NCBI GenBank assembly: GCA_963663035.1
Contig: OY760074.1
Location: 3,520,001 to 3,584,000 of the forward strand
Direction of reading: 5' to 3'
DNA length: 64,000 bases
Origin: Acidobacteriota bacterium
GTDB lineage: Bacteria > Acidobacteriota > UBA6911 > RPQK01 > JADFOI01
Of this stretch, positions 29,140 to 38,872 are shown piece by piece; positions within the stretch are counted from its first letter, which is position 1; each line of letters begins with the position of its first letter. The translations under genes were made by a program, and so were the position numbers. The notes below the pieces were generated by a model. That model searched no databases and was not told the DNA's origin. It saw only the letters and a list, made by a program, of their open reading frames with translations.

Positions 29140-30660
29140 GCCGCAATTATTCATAAGTTTGGGGTGAGTGTCGATTTTCTGCGGAAGTTCAGGGCTGAGA
29201 GTGTGTTCAGGTGCGATTACAAGGCGTCCAAGCTTGTTGAGCCGAATAGAGATGAAGCGAGAGCCCCTTCCGGAAACAGCTCGGCCCGCAGGGGGCTGTA
29301 TATCTGTGTTGGCGCAGGGAGTCAGGGGACCGTCAGGTGGGACACAGACGGTGCATCAGTAATGCGAAGAGCTTTTGTTCGGGATAAGACGATGCCAGGT
29401 GCACCCAGATGCGACGAGAAGTTTCCCGAACCCGGGCACCGATTTTGAACAGGCGGCGGCGGAGCGTCTCAATCTCCAGGTTGTGCCAGGGAGTCCCGCA
29501 CAGGTAATCCCGCAGGCGCAGGATTAAGACATAGGCCAGGGCGTGGATGAAGAGTCGGAACTGGTTGGCCAGGAAACGGTGGCAGCTCAAGCGATCCATG
29601 GCCAGATCTTTTTTGAAAGCTTTCACGAAGTTCTCGCACTGGCCCCGTCCGATGTAGTGGTCATACAGCTGCCCGGCCGTGAGATCCTGGCGGTTGGTGA
29701 CCACAAAGCGACGGTTGAACCCGCGCTCGCTCACTTCCACCTTGGCCACCATGCGCCGCTCCCGGTCCCAACTGTCGGCCTGATAGACGAGCTCGGTGAA
29801 CTGGCGTTGCTTTTCTCCTGAGTCGTCATAGTCTGCTTGCACCTGCTCAACCAAGGGCTCGACGGTGGCCGCCAGCCGGGAGTTGCGGGCAAAGCCCACC
29901 ACATACTGCAGTTTTTCCTCCTCACAGAACTCGTACAGTGCCGGCGTCGCAAAGCCACTGTCGGCTCGCACTTCGATCGGAACATCGGATCCCAGAACCT
30001 GGCGCATCCGGGCCACCACCCGTTTGAGAACCGCCACCGCGTGGACGGCCGCCCCCTGGTTGCCGGGCCGCAGTAGCGCACATACCAGATCGCCCGTCTC
30101 GCCATCGAATAGCAACAGCGGATGATACATGTGCTCGCGATAATAGCCGTGGTAAAAGCTGAACTCCTGCTGCCCATGCGTGACGTCATCCGTGCTGTCG
30201 ATGTCCAGGATGATCTTCTCGGGCCGGCTCTTCTTGCGGTGCTTCAAGTAGGTCTCCAGCAGCCACTGTCCCAGGCGAGTGAGATCCTTCGAGTCCACCG
30301 AGTTCTCCAGTCGCGACAGCGTGGGTTGAGAAGCCAGATCCGGATCGCTTTCCGGCAGCCGATCACACACGGTCTTGAAGATGGGATCCGAGCGCAAGCT
30401 GTCGGCATCGTTGCAGTCCTCATAGCCGGCCACGATCTGAAAGCTGCGCTGGGTGAGCAGTTCGCGAATCTGGTGGCGGACGTAGCGGCTATCTCGAGCG
30501 TCCTTCAGGCAGGAGGCAAAGCCAGCCGTCAGTCCGTGCTGTTGATCCAGGGCGTACAGACACAGCAGCCCGGCATCGGAGGAGAGCCGGCCTCCATCGA
30601 ATCGAGCCACCACTTTTCTGTCAGGGTGAGATGGCAAGTTGATCTGGCAGACTGATGCAT
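29140..30660 (-). mobile_element. IS1380-family element lacking its 5' end
   Basis: Terminus GCCGCAATTATTCATAAG at ~29140; transposase runs directly into pyk coding sequence with no second terminus visible. Confidence 0.85.
29333..30637 (-). CDS. IS1380-family transposase (DDE_Tnp_1_4), native start apparently lost
   Basis: FDGGRLSSDAGL, LASQPTLSRLEN, LDIDST, VRADSGF, RGQCEN and FLANQFRL motifs. Confidence 0.92.
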   Translation of the reverse strand: MPSHPDRKVVARFDGGRLSSDAGLLCLYALDQQHGLTAGFASCLKDARDSRYVRHQIRELLTQRSFQIVAGYEDCNDADSLRSDPIFKTVCDRLPESDPDLASQPTLSRLENSVDSKDLTRLGQWLLETYLKHRKKSRPEKIILDIDSTDDVTHGQQEFSFYHGYYREHMYHPLLLFDGETGDLVCALLRPGNQGAAVHAVAVLKRVVARMRQVLGSDVPIEVRADSGFATPALYEFCEEEKLQYVVGFARNSRLAATVEPLVEQVQADYDDSGEKQRQFTELVYQADSWDRERRMVAKVEVSERGFNRRFVVTNRQDLTAGQLYDHYIGRGQCENFVKAFKKDLAMDRLSCHRFLANQFRLFIHALAYVLILRLRDYLCGTPWHNLEIETLRRRLFKIGARVRETSRRIWVHLASSYPEQKLFALLMHRLCPT

Positions 30661-32075
30661 CGCTGGGTCGTGTGCAGCTTCATCAAACTGGTGTGCCCCT
30701 TTTCCACAATCGGAGCTCCGGTCAGGATGATCAGGTTGTCGCCTTCTTCCACCTGATTCCGTTCCAGCAGAAGCTTTTCGAGCGCATCAATCAACTCGTC
30801 CACGTTGCTGATTGCCTGCATGCGTGAGGGCTGAACTCCCCAGTAAAGGGCCATTCGGTTCACGATTTCAGGGCTTGGCGTGAGGCCCAGAATCTCAGTT
30901 GAAGGTCGATATTTGGAGATCAAGCGAGCCGTGGAGCCGCTTTGGGTAAAGGCGACGATGGCACGGGCCTGAATAGATTTGGAGGCGTGATAGGCGGCAT
31001 CACAAACGGCTTCCGGAAAGGAGAGCGTCCGGGGTTTCCCAAGTCGCTCCGAATGTGCTCCAGCATCCATCTTCTCAACCTCTTTGATGATATTGGCCAT
31101 CATGGCCACGGACTCCACCGGGTACTGGCCCACAGCGGTTTCACCAGAAAGCATGACTGCGTCGGTTCCATCCAGGACGGCGTTGGCCACGTCCGAGGCC
31201 TCGGCCCGTGTGGGGCGGGGATTATGAATCATGGAATCCAGCATTTGGGTGGCGGTGATGACTAATTTCCCTTTCTTGTTGGCTTCCTTAATGATGTGCT
31301 TTTGAATGACAGGCACCTTTTCTGGTGCCATTTCCACCCCAAGGTCACCGCGAGCGACCATAACCCCTTCACAAACGTTCATGATGGCATCCAGGTTCTC
31401 TATGGCCATCGGCTTTTCCAGTTTGGCAATCACCGGCGCGTCCCAGTTTTTTCCTGCTAGCCGCTCCTTAAACTTGAGGATGTCCTGGGGCTTTCGAATG
31501 AAAGACAGGGCCAGGTAATCGATCTCTTGCTCTGCTCCAAATTCCAGGTCTAGCAAGTCTTTTTCAGTCAGGGAGTCAGCAGAGATGTCTACCTTGGGCA
31601 GGTTGATGCCCTGGTTCTGGGCCAGTGTGCCGCCGGCCACAACCTCACACTCCACACTGTTGCTGGTGGTCGTGAGCACCCGTAGCTCGATCAGACCATC
31701 AGAGAGGAGAACCCGATCCCCCGGTTGAAGGTCTTGAGGAAGAGCCAGGTACGAAGTCGAGACACCTTCCTTGTTGCCCGCAACAGAGTCGGTTGTGAGG
31801 ACAAACTTTTGGCCTGCAGTAAGCTCGACAGGTGTTCCATTTTCCAGCTGACCCGTCCGGATCTTCAGCCCCTGAAGATCTTGGAGGATAGCAACGGGCT
31901 TCTCCATCGCCGTGGAGAGCATGCGGATGTTGGCAATCGTCTGGCGATGGGAGTCGTGATCACCGTGAGAGAAGTTGAGCCGCGCCACATCCATGCCTGC
32001 CTGGATGAGCTTCTGAAGTATTTCCGGGGACTCACTGGCCGGACCAAGAGTGGCAACAATTTTTGCTCTTCGCAT
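30621..32075 (-). CDS. pyk: Pyruvate kinase (last residues derive from IS1380 sequence)
   Basis: KIVATLGPAS, RLNFSHG, MVARGDLG and AVMLSGETA motifs. Confidence 0.98.
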   Translation of the reverse strand: MRRAKIVATLGPASESPEILQKLIQAGMDVARLNFSHGDHDSHRQTIANIRMLSTAMEKPVAILQDLQGLKIRTGQLENGTPVELTAGQKFVLTTDSVAGNKEGVSTSYLALPQDLQPGDRVLLSDGLIELRVLTTTSNSVECEVVAGGTLAQNQGINLPKVDISADSLTEKDLLDLEFGAEQEIDYLALSFIRKPQDILKFKERLAGKNWDAPVIAKLEKPMAIENLDAIMNVCEGVMVARGDLGVEMAPEKVPVIQKHIIKEANKKGKLVITATQMLDSMIHNPRPTRAEASDVANAVLDGTDAVMLSGETAVGQYPVESVAMMANIIKEVEKMDAGAHSERLGKPRTLSFPEAVCDAAYHASKSIQARAIVAFTQSGSTARLISKYRPSTEILGLTPSPEIVNRMALYWGVQPSRMQAISNVDELIDALEKLLLERNQVEEGDNLIILTGAPIVEKGHTSLMKLHTTQRCISLPDQLAISP

Positions 32076-32140
32076 AAGAAGAGGGTTTAGGTTACCATAG
32101 AGCGCTGATTAGACTGATTTCCTCTGGAGCCTTTGCCCGA

Positions 32141-32722
32141 ATGAAAGTGGCCCGCCAAGATGCGCAAGAACTGCTGAACCAATACACCAAGGGTGAAAGT
32201 CTGATCAGGCACGCCCTGGCCGTGGAAGCAGCAATGCAGGCCTACGCCCGCAAGTTTGGTGAGGATGAAGAAAGGTGGGGGGTGGCTGGCCTTCTTCATG
32301 ATTTTGACTATGAACAAAACCCTGACCCCAAAGACCATCCGCGAGTGGGTGGCGTTATTCTTAAGGATCGAGGCTATCCGGAGGACATCATCCATGCCAT
32401 TCAGGCACATGCCGAGCATATGCACGTGCCCAGAGAAAGCTTGATGGATAAAGCCCTGTTTGCAGTGGATGAGTTATGCGGCTTTCTTACAGCCACTACT
32501 CTGGTGCGGCCAGGGAAAAAGATTGCCGAGGTGCCCGTGAAGTCGGTAAAAAAGAAATTGAAAGACAAACATTTTGCCCGAGGGGTCAATCGAGAGGAGA
32601 TTCGACAGGGTGCGGCAGAATTGAACATTGAGCTGGATGAGCATATCGCGTTTGTTCGAGATGCCATGGCCCAGGTGGCTGAGGATCTTGGACTGGCCGG
32701 GCCGGGCGAAGAGAAAGGGTAA
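32141..32722 (+). CDS. HDIG-domain metal-dependent phosphohydrolase
   Basis: H...V...M, GLLHDFDYE, DELCGF and FARGVNRE motifs. Confidence 0.88.
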   Translation: MKVARQDAQELLNQYTKGESLIRHALAVEAAMQAYARKFGEDEERWGVAGLLHDFDYEQNPDPKDHPRVGGVILKDRGYPEDIIHAIQAHAEHMHVPRESLMDKALFAVDELCGFLTATTLVRPGKKIAEVPVKSVKKKLKDKHFARGVNREEIRQGAAELNIELDEHIAFVRDAMAQVAEDLGLAGPGEEKG

Positions 32723-32731
32723 GGGGATGTT

Positions 32732-34771
32732 ATGAGTGAAAAAGACTCAGTGGAAGTCAGCGAAGCGGAAATTGCGGTTCACTGGCAGGAAGAGAAGTTA
32801 ATTCACCCTTCAGAAGAATTTATCGCTCAGGCCAACATGACGGATCCGGGTATTTATGAGCGGTTTAGTTTGGATCATTTCCCGGAATGCTACAGGGAAT
32901 ATGCTGACCTTTTGAGTTGGTATGAATCTTGGCAGACAACACTTGATACCAGTGACGCTCCCTGCTGGAAGTGGTTTGTGGGGGGCCAGATCAATGCTTG
33001 TTACAACTGCGTCGATAGACATCTGAAACAGTACAAGAACAAGGCTGCTTTCATTTATGTGCCGGAGCCGGAGGCTGAACCTCATGTGACCTTAACTTTT
33101 CAGGAGCTGTATGTGAGGGTCAATGAGCTGGCAGTGCTGCTCAGAGACTTTGCCGGGCTCAAGGCCGGTGATCGTGTGACGCTGCATATGCCGATGGTGC
33201 CAGAGCTTCCCATCACCATGCTGGCCTGTGCCAGACTGGGTGTGATCCACTCTGAGGTCTATGGAGGATTCAGTGGAAAAGCCTGTGGGGAAAGGATCGC
33301 AGACTCTGGAAGTCGTGTCTTGATCACCATTGATGGGTACTATCGCTCGGGTCGGCTGCTGGACCACAAGAAGAACGCCGATATTGCCGTGAAGGTGTCA
33401 CAGGAAGAAGGCCAAGAGGTCGACAAGGTCCTGGTGTGGAGACGCTATCCTGAGAAGTCTGTCTCTGAGGCCCCCATGGTGGCCGGGCGTGATTTCTTTG
33501 TGGACGAAGTGTTGAAGGATTTTTCTGGCAGCAGAGTGGATCCCGTCCCCATGCCCGCGGAAGACCCTCTCTTCATTATGTACACCAGCGGGACAACAGG
33601 TAAACCAAAGGGCTGTCAACACGGTATAGGAGGCTATCTGGCCTATGTGACCGGTACTTCCAAGTATGTTCAGGACATCCATCCGGAAGATGTGTATTGG
33701 TGTATGGCGGACATTGGTTGGATTACAGGCCATTCCTACATCGTTTACGGGCCGCTTGCCCTTGCTACCACCGGCGTCTTGTACGAAGGGGTCCCCAACT
33801 ATCCCGATGCCGGGCGCGCCTGGAGAATAGCCGAGCAGCTGGATGTCAATATCTTCCACACCGCGCCGACGACAATACGAATGTTGCGAAAAGCTGGCCC
33901 TGATGAGCCACGGAAGTATAACTACCGCTTTAAACATATGACGACGGTGGGAGAGCCAATAGAACCGGAGGTATGGAAGTGGTATCACAAGTCGGTTGGT
34001 AAGGGCCAAGCGGTTATCGTCGATACCTGGTGGCAGACGGAAACAGGAGGCTTTCTCTGCAGCACAATGCCGGCTCTTCAGCCTATGAAGCCTGGAAGCG
34101 CCGGTCCCAGCGTGCCCGGTATCCACCCGGTCATCTATGACGAGGAGGGAAATGAGGTTGAAGCGGGATCTGGTGTGGCGGGAAATATTTGCATCAGGAA
34201 CCCATGGCCTGGGGCATTTCAGACCATATGGGGAGATCGTGAGCGGTACGTGTCAACCTATTATGCCAAGTATTGCAAAAATGCCGACAGTAAGGACTGG
34301 CAGGACTGGCCCTATTTCACCGGGGATGCTGCAACCCAGGCTGCAGATGGCTATTTCCGAATATTAGGCAGAATAGATGATGTGATTAATGTCGCTGGCC
34401 ACCGGTTGGGCACAAAAGAACTAGAATCCGCTTGTCTGACTGTCCCGGCAGTTGCCGAAGCCTCGGTCGTCCCCCTGGCCGATGAAGTCAAAGGCCGAGT
34501 ACCCGATATCTATGTGTCCCTCAAGCCGGAGCACGAGCCCAGCGAAGAGATAGAAAAGGCAGTGACAAAGGCTATTGAGACCACAATTGGCAAAATCGCC
34601 AGGCCCAAACACGTCTATATCGTTCCCGATATGCCCAAGACCCGCTCTGGAAAGATTATGCGCCGAGTGCTGGCGGCTATTTCCAACGGAACTGACGTGG
34701 GTGATGTCACTACACTAGCGAACCCTGACATCGTCGAAGGAATTCGCAAACTGGTTCAGGGGAGTGAGTAG
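32732..34771 (+). CDS. acs: Acetyl-CoA synthetase
   Basis: YTSGTTGKPKG, ADIGWITGHSY, DTWWQTETG and PKTRSGKIMRR motifs. Confidence 0.97.
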   Translation: MSEKDSVEVSEAEIAVHWQEEKLIHPSEEFIAQANMTDPGIYERFSLDHFPECYREYADLLSWYESWQTTLDTSDAPCWKWFVGGQINACYNCVDRHLKQYKNKAAFIYVPEPEAEPHVTLTFQELYVRVNELAVLLRDFAGLKAGDRVTLHMPMVPELPITMLACARLGVIHSEVYGGFSGKACGERIADSGSRVLITIDGYYRSGRLLDHKKNADIAVKVSQEEGQEVDKVLVWRRYPEKSVSEAPMVAGRDFFVDEVLKDFSGSRVDPVPMPAEDPLFIMYTSGTTGKPKGCQHGIGGYLAYVTGTSKYVQDIHPEDVYWCMADIGWITGHSYIVYGPLALATTGVLYEGVPNYPDAGRAWRIAEQLDVNIFHTAPTTIRMLRKAGPDEPRKYNYRFKHMTTVGEPIEPEVWKWYHKSVGKGQAVIVDTWWQTETGGFLCSTMPALQPMKPGSAGPSVPGIHPVIYDEEGNEVEAGSGVAGNICIRNPWPGAFQTIWGDRERYVSTYYAKYCKNADSKDWQDWPYFTGDAATQAADGYFRILGRIDDVINVAGHRLGTKELESACLTVPAVAEASVVPLADEVKGRVPDIYVSLKPEHEPSEEIEKAVTKAIETTIGKIARPKHVYIVPDMPKTRSGKIMRRVLAAISNGTDVGDVTTLANPDIVEGIRKLVQGSE

Positions 34772-34937
34772 CGGGCACTTCTCACACCCGCTCTACTGCA
34801 TCGGCGCAATGATCCGACCTGACTGAGTTGCACGACCCGCAAGCGGGTACCCCTCGTGCGCCCGTGGGCTTTAGCCCACGGCTCTGTTTTCCGACCCTTC
34901 CGCCGCTTCGCTACGACCTGGTGTGAGAAATGCGGGC
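34771..34937 (+). mobile_element. MITE family B copy 1, carrying one REP-like hairpin
   Basis: Termini GCGGGCACTTCTCACACC and GGTGTGAGAAATGCGGGC; body near-identical to 42306-42502. Confidence 0.8.
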
Positions 34938-34953
34938 TGGCCCGCTTGCACCT

Positions 34954-36123
34954 TCATTCAAAGGCCGCAATTCCTGTGATGCTTTGGCCCAGAATCAGGG
35001 TGTGAATGTCGTGCGTTCCCTCGTAAGTGGAAACCGTCTCCAGGTTGGCCAGGTGGCGAAAGACGGGATAGTCGCTCAGAATCCCGTTTGCTCCCAAGAT
35101 GTCCCGGGCCACACGAGCCACCTTTAGAGCCATGGCCACGTTATTGCGCTTGGCCATCGAGATTTGGTCGTGGCGGACTTTCCCCGCATCTTTGAGCTGC
35201 CCCAGACGGAAGGCCAGTAGTTGAGCCTTGGTAATCTCCGTGAGCATGTTGACCAGCTTGTTTTGGACCAATTGGTGAGAGGCAATGGGCTTGCCGCCAA
35301 ATTGCTTGCGTTCCAGCGACCAGCGTCTTGCCGTCTCGTAACAGGTCATGGCGCTGCCCACAGCTCCCCAGGCAATTCCGTAGCGGGCCTGGTTCAGACA
35401 CTTGAGAGCATCTCTCAGGCCTTCAGTCTGAGGGAGAAGATTGGACTGAGGAATCCGGCAGTTGTCAAAGACTAGTTCCGAGGTGACGGATGCCCTCAGG
35501 GAGTGCTTGTTGTGGTAGTCCTTGGTTGCAAAGCCGGCCCTCCCTTTCTCTACCAGAAAGCCGCGTATGCGCTTGTCAGGGCAGCGAGCCCAGACAAGCG
35601 CAATATCTGCAATACTTCCGTTGGTGATCCAGGCCTTGGTACCGTTCAGGATGTAGTCGTTGCCCTCTTTGCGAGCGCTGGTTCGCATCCCGGCTGGATT
35701 GGAGCCGAAGTCTGGTTCGGTGAGTCCAAAGCAACCGATTGCTGTCCCCGATTGAAGTCGGGGCAGCCATTTCTCCTTCTGCTCGTCGCTCCCAAAAGTA
35801 AAGAGAGGAAACATGACCAGAGCACTCTGAACAGATCCGAAGCTGCGCACTCCACTATCGCCCCGCTCCAACTCCTGCATAATCAGCCCATAAGCAATGC
35901 TGTTCAATCCTGCGCATCCGTAGCCCTGCAGATTGGCTCCAAAGTAACCCAGTTCAGCCATTGGCTTGACCAGTTCCACGGGAAAAGTTCCCTTGATGTA
36001 GTGATCTGCGATGATCGGAATGACCTGATCTTCCACGAAGGAGCGGCCGCTGTCGCGGACGAGTATCTCCTCATCGCTGAGGAGATCTTCAATACCCATG
36101 AAGTCCACACCCTCGAAGGCCAT
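34954..36123 (-). CDS. Acyl-CoA dehydrogenase (glutaryl-CoA dehydrogenase-like)
   Basis: ELERGDSG.RS, GCFGLTEPDFGS and TYEGTHDIH motifs; start MAFEG at 36123. Confidence 0.92.
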   Translation of the reverse strand: MAFEGVDFMGIEDLLSDEEILVRDSGRSFVEDQVIPIIADHYIKGTFPVELVKPMAELGYFGANLQGYGCAGLNSIAYGLIMQELERGDSGVRSFGSVQSALVMFPLFTFGSDEQKEKWLPRLQSGTAIGCFGLTEPDFGSNPAGMRTSARKEGNDYILNGTKAWITNGSIADIALVWARCPDKRIRGFLVEKGRAGFATKDYHNKHSLRASVTSELVFDNCRIPQSNLLPQTEGLRDALKCLNQARYGIAWGAVGSAMTCYETARRWSLERKQFGGKPIASHQLVQNKLVNMLTEITKAQLLAFRLGQLKDAGKVRHDQISMAKRNNVAMALKVARVARDILGANGILSDYPVFRHLANLETVSTYEGTHDIHTLILGQSITGIAAFE

Positions 36124-36187
36124 GGCAAGGAAATATAACATACAAGGGGATGGCCAGTATTTTCAGCGAATGTGTTATAAAGGAGCG

Positions 36188-37189
36188 ATGCTCATTGGCT
36201 TAACGGGTCCCAACGCTGCTGGCAAGGGGGAGGTCGTTAACTTCCTCAAAAACAAGGGGTTTTACCCGTACTCCCTATCTGACGTCATTCGCGACGAAGT
36301 CAGTAAAAGAGGATTGGAGATCACACGCGAGAGATTGATTGAGGTGGGGAAAGAATTGCGTGGTGAGAACGGGAACGGTGTTCTGGCTGATCGGATTCTC
36401 GACGGAATCGAGGAGGATAAGAATTATGTCGTCGACTCCTTTCGGCACCCCGATGAAGTGAAGGTATTTCAGGCTCGTCCCGAGTTCTCACTTCTCTTGA
36501 TTCAAGCCAAGCCCGAAGTACGTTTCGCGAGGATTCGCGAACGGAAACGGGAGAGTGACCCGGCAACCCTCGAAGAGTTTTTGGATCTGGAGGAACGGGA
36601 AGCAGCCAGTAAGGATTGGCAAGGCCAACAACTTGCGGCCTGTGCAGCGATGGCTGAGTTTGAGATTGCCAACAACGGATCCCTGGAGGAGCTCACCCAG
36701 CAGCTTTCTGATCTGTTACAGCGCCTGATGGGCAATCTTGCCCGGCCGGATTGGGATGAGTATTTCATGAAATTGGCCAAGGTCGCGTCGCTGAGAAGTA
36801 ATTGTGTAAAGCGAAAAGTCGCTGCTGTAATTGTTCGAGATAAGAGGGTTATTTCCACGGGTTATAACGGAACTCCTCGCGGAACAAAAAATTGCTATGA
36901 AGGCGGTTGCCCACGCTGTAATAACCTCGCCGACAGCGGCACTCTCCTGGAAGAATGTCTCTGTTCGCATGGTGAGGAGAACGCCATCACCCAGGCCGCC
37001 TACCATGGGATGAGTGTCAAGGGAGGAGTGTTGTACACGACCTTTGCTCCCTGTCTGACCTGCACCAAGATGATCATCAATGCGGGCATTCAAGAGGTCG
37101 TTTACAATCTGGATTACCCACTGAACGAAACCTCTTTTAGGTTGCTCAAGGAAGCCGATGTGATATTCCGCCAACATCGGGTGGAGTAA
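36188..37189 (+). CDS. Fusion of P-loop nucleotide kinase-like domain and dCMP deaminase
   Basis: N-terminal IGLTGPNAAGKG; C-terminal RPDWDEYF, STGYNG, HGEENA and PCLTC; ATG 36188 after AAAGGAG. Confidence 0.9.
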   Translation: MLIGLTGPNAAGKGEVVNFLKNKGFYPYSLSDVIRDEVSKRGLEITRERLIEVGKELRGENGNGVLADRILDGIEEDKNYVVDSFRHPDEVKVFQARPEFSLLLIQAKPEVRFARIRERKRESDPATLEEFLDLEEREAASKDWQGQQLAACAAMAEFEIANNGSLEELTQQLSDLLQRLMGNLARPDWDEYFMKLAKVASLRSNCVKRKVAAVIVRDKRVISTGYNGTPRGTKNCYEGGCPRCNNLADSGTLLEECLCSHGEENAITQAAYHGMSVKGGVLYTTFAPCLTCTKMIINAGIQEVVYNLDYPLNETSFRLLKEADVIFRQHRVE

Positions 37190-37229
37190 ATGGGAAGGTT
37201 GCTAGCCGGGATTTTGCATAATTCCGGCT

Positions 37230-37493
37230 ATGGGAGTGACTTCCATGCTGGATCTTGTTTCGCTTTTCTTTTTCACCATGGCGACTGGGGGATTCATCCT
37301 TTTCATGGTGAAGTACCCACACGGTTCAGAGATTCGACTGTGGGGGATTCGGTTGAGCTATGTGCTGGGCTTTGTCGGCGTACTGGCCATGAGGCTCTAC
37401 CGGGGCTCTTTCAGTGAGCTCTCACTCCTGATCGTCTCTTCTCTGGTGGTTTCCCTGGTAGCCTTCGAACTCTCAGTCAAATACCTGGACTAG
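37230..37493 (+). CDS. Small three-TM membrane protein
   Basis: 87 aa hydrophobic ORF; start could be the later MLDL. Confidence 0.6.
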   Translation: MGVTSMLDLVSLFFFTMATGGFILFMVKYPHGSEIRLWGIRLSYVLGFVGVLAMRLYRGSFSELSLLIVSSLVVSLVAFELSVKYLD

Positions 37494-37495
37494 CC

Positions 37496-38872
37496 CTAAA
37501 GACCAGCACGGGATAGTTCATCGAGAAAGTAAGCGGCGCTTCTGACCCCAGCGAAGAAATTATCCAGGTCCAGCTTCTCGTTCGGTGCGTGGGCGTTCTC
37601 ATCCGGTAGGCCGATTCCCATGAGAACGGTGGGGATGTTCAGCAGTTCGGCAAAGGTTGCCACCACCGGAATAGACCCCCCCTCGCGCTGAAAGACCGGC
37701 TCCTTGCCAAATGCTTTTTCGAGAGCTTTTGCAGCTGCCACCAAAGCGGGATGATCCAGCGATGCAGCCCAGGGCTTTCCTCCGTGCATGCGGGTCATTT
37801 TCAGGTGCACCGATGGGGGAGCGAGTGAATGCACGTAATTCTCAAACAGATCTGCGATGGTGTCCGGATCTTGATCGGGAACCAGCCGCATGCTCACCTT
37901 CGCCATGGCTTGAGCGGGTAAGACCGTCTTAGCCCCTTCCCCGGTAAAGCCGCACTCCAGACCATTGATTTCGAAGGTGGGTCGCACCCAGAGCCGCTCC
38001 AGGGGCGTGTAGCCATCTTCGCCCGACAGTTGCGTTAGGCCAAACACTTGCTTGAAGTTTGCCTCGTCAAAAGGCAAGCGGGCATACTCCTGCCGCTCTC
38101 TGTCTGTGACTTCCCGCACTGCATCATAAAAGTGAGGGATCATGACCCGGCCGTTTTCATTCTTCATTGCAGTTAAGATCTTGGAGAGCTCAAATCCCGG
38201 GTTCACAACCGTTCCTCCAAAGGATCCCGAGTGGAGGTCGGTATTGGCTCCCTGCAAATCAAGTTGGAAATAAACCAGGCCTCGCAGCCCGTAACAGAGT
38301 GAAGGAACCCCACGGGCAAACATTGCAGTATCGGAAATCATGCCGACATCAGACTTGAGCAGGTCTTGGTGGGTCTCAATGAACTGATCTAAATGAGGAC
38401 TGCCGATTTCCTCTTCACCTTCAATGAGGAACTTGATATTCACCGGAAGTTGTTGGCGAGTGTTCATGAATGCTTCAGCACTCTTGAAGTGGATGAACAC
38501 CTGGCCCTTATCGTCAGCTGCCCCCCGTGCATAGAGCTCCCCCTGGCGAATGGTGGGTTCAAAGGGAGGCGTTTCCCAAAGCTCAATCGGGTCGACCGGC
38601 TGGACATCGTAATGCCCGTAGATCAAGAGGGTTGGTTTCGCTTCCTCCATAACCCGCTCGGCATAGACAATGGGATGCCCCTCGGTGGAAAAGATCTCCA
38701 CCTTCTCCATGCCTGCCTCCTTCAGCTGATCCTTGACGAATTCTGCAGCTTTTCTGACGTCTTGTGTGTTGGAGGGATCAGTACTGACACTGGGAATTCT
38801 CAAGAATTCTTTCAGTTCCTCCAGGTAGCGGTCCTGGTTTTTTTCAATGTAGTCGATGATCGCCTTCATCAC
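37496..38872 (-). CDS. M20 family dipeptidase
   Basis: YGHYDVQP, ARGAADDKGQ, EGEEEIGS, DLHSG and HAPNE motifs. Confidence 0.93.
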   Translation of the reverse strand: MMKAIIDYIEKNQDRYLEELKEFLRIPSVSTDPSNTQDVRKAAEFVKDQLKEAGMEKVEIFSTEGHPIVYAERVMEEAKPTLLIYGHYDVQPVDPIELWETPPFEPTIRQGELYARGAADDKGQVFIHFKSAEAFMNTRQQLPVNIKFLIEGEEEIGSPHLDQFIETHQDLLKSDVGMISDTAMFARGVPSLCYGLRGLVYFQLDLQGANTDLHSGSFGGTVVNPGFELSKILTAMKNENGRVMIPHFYDAVREVTDRERQEYARLPFDEANFKQVFGLTQLSGEDGYTPLERLWVRPTFEINGLECGFTGEGAKTVLPAQAMAKVSMRLVPDQDPDTIADLFENYVHSLAPPSVHLKMTRMHGGKPWAASLDHPALVAAAKALEKAFGKEPVFQREGGSIPVVATFAELLNIPTVLMGIGLPDENAHAPNEKLDLDNFFAGVRSAAYFLDELSRAGL

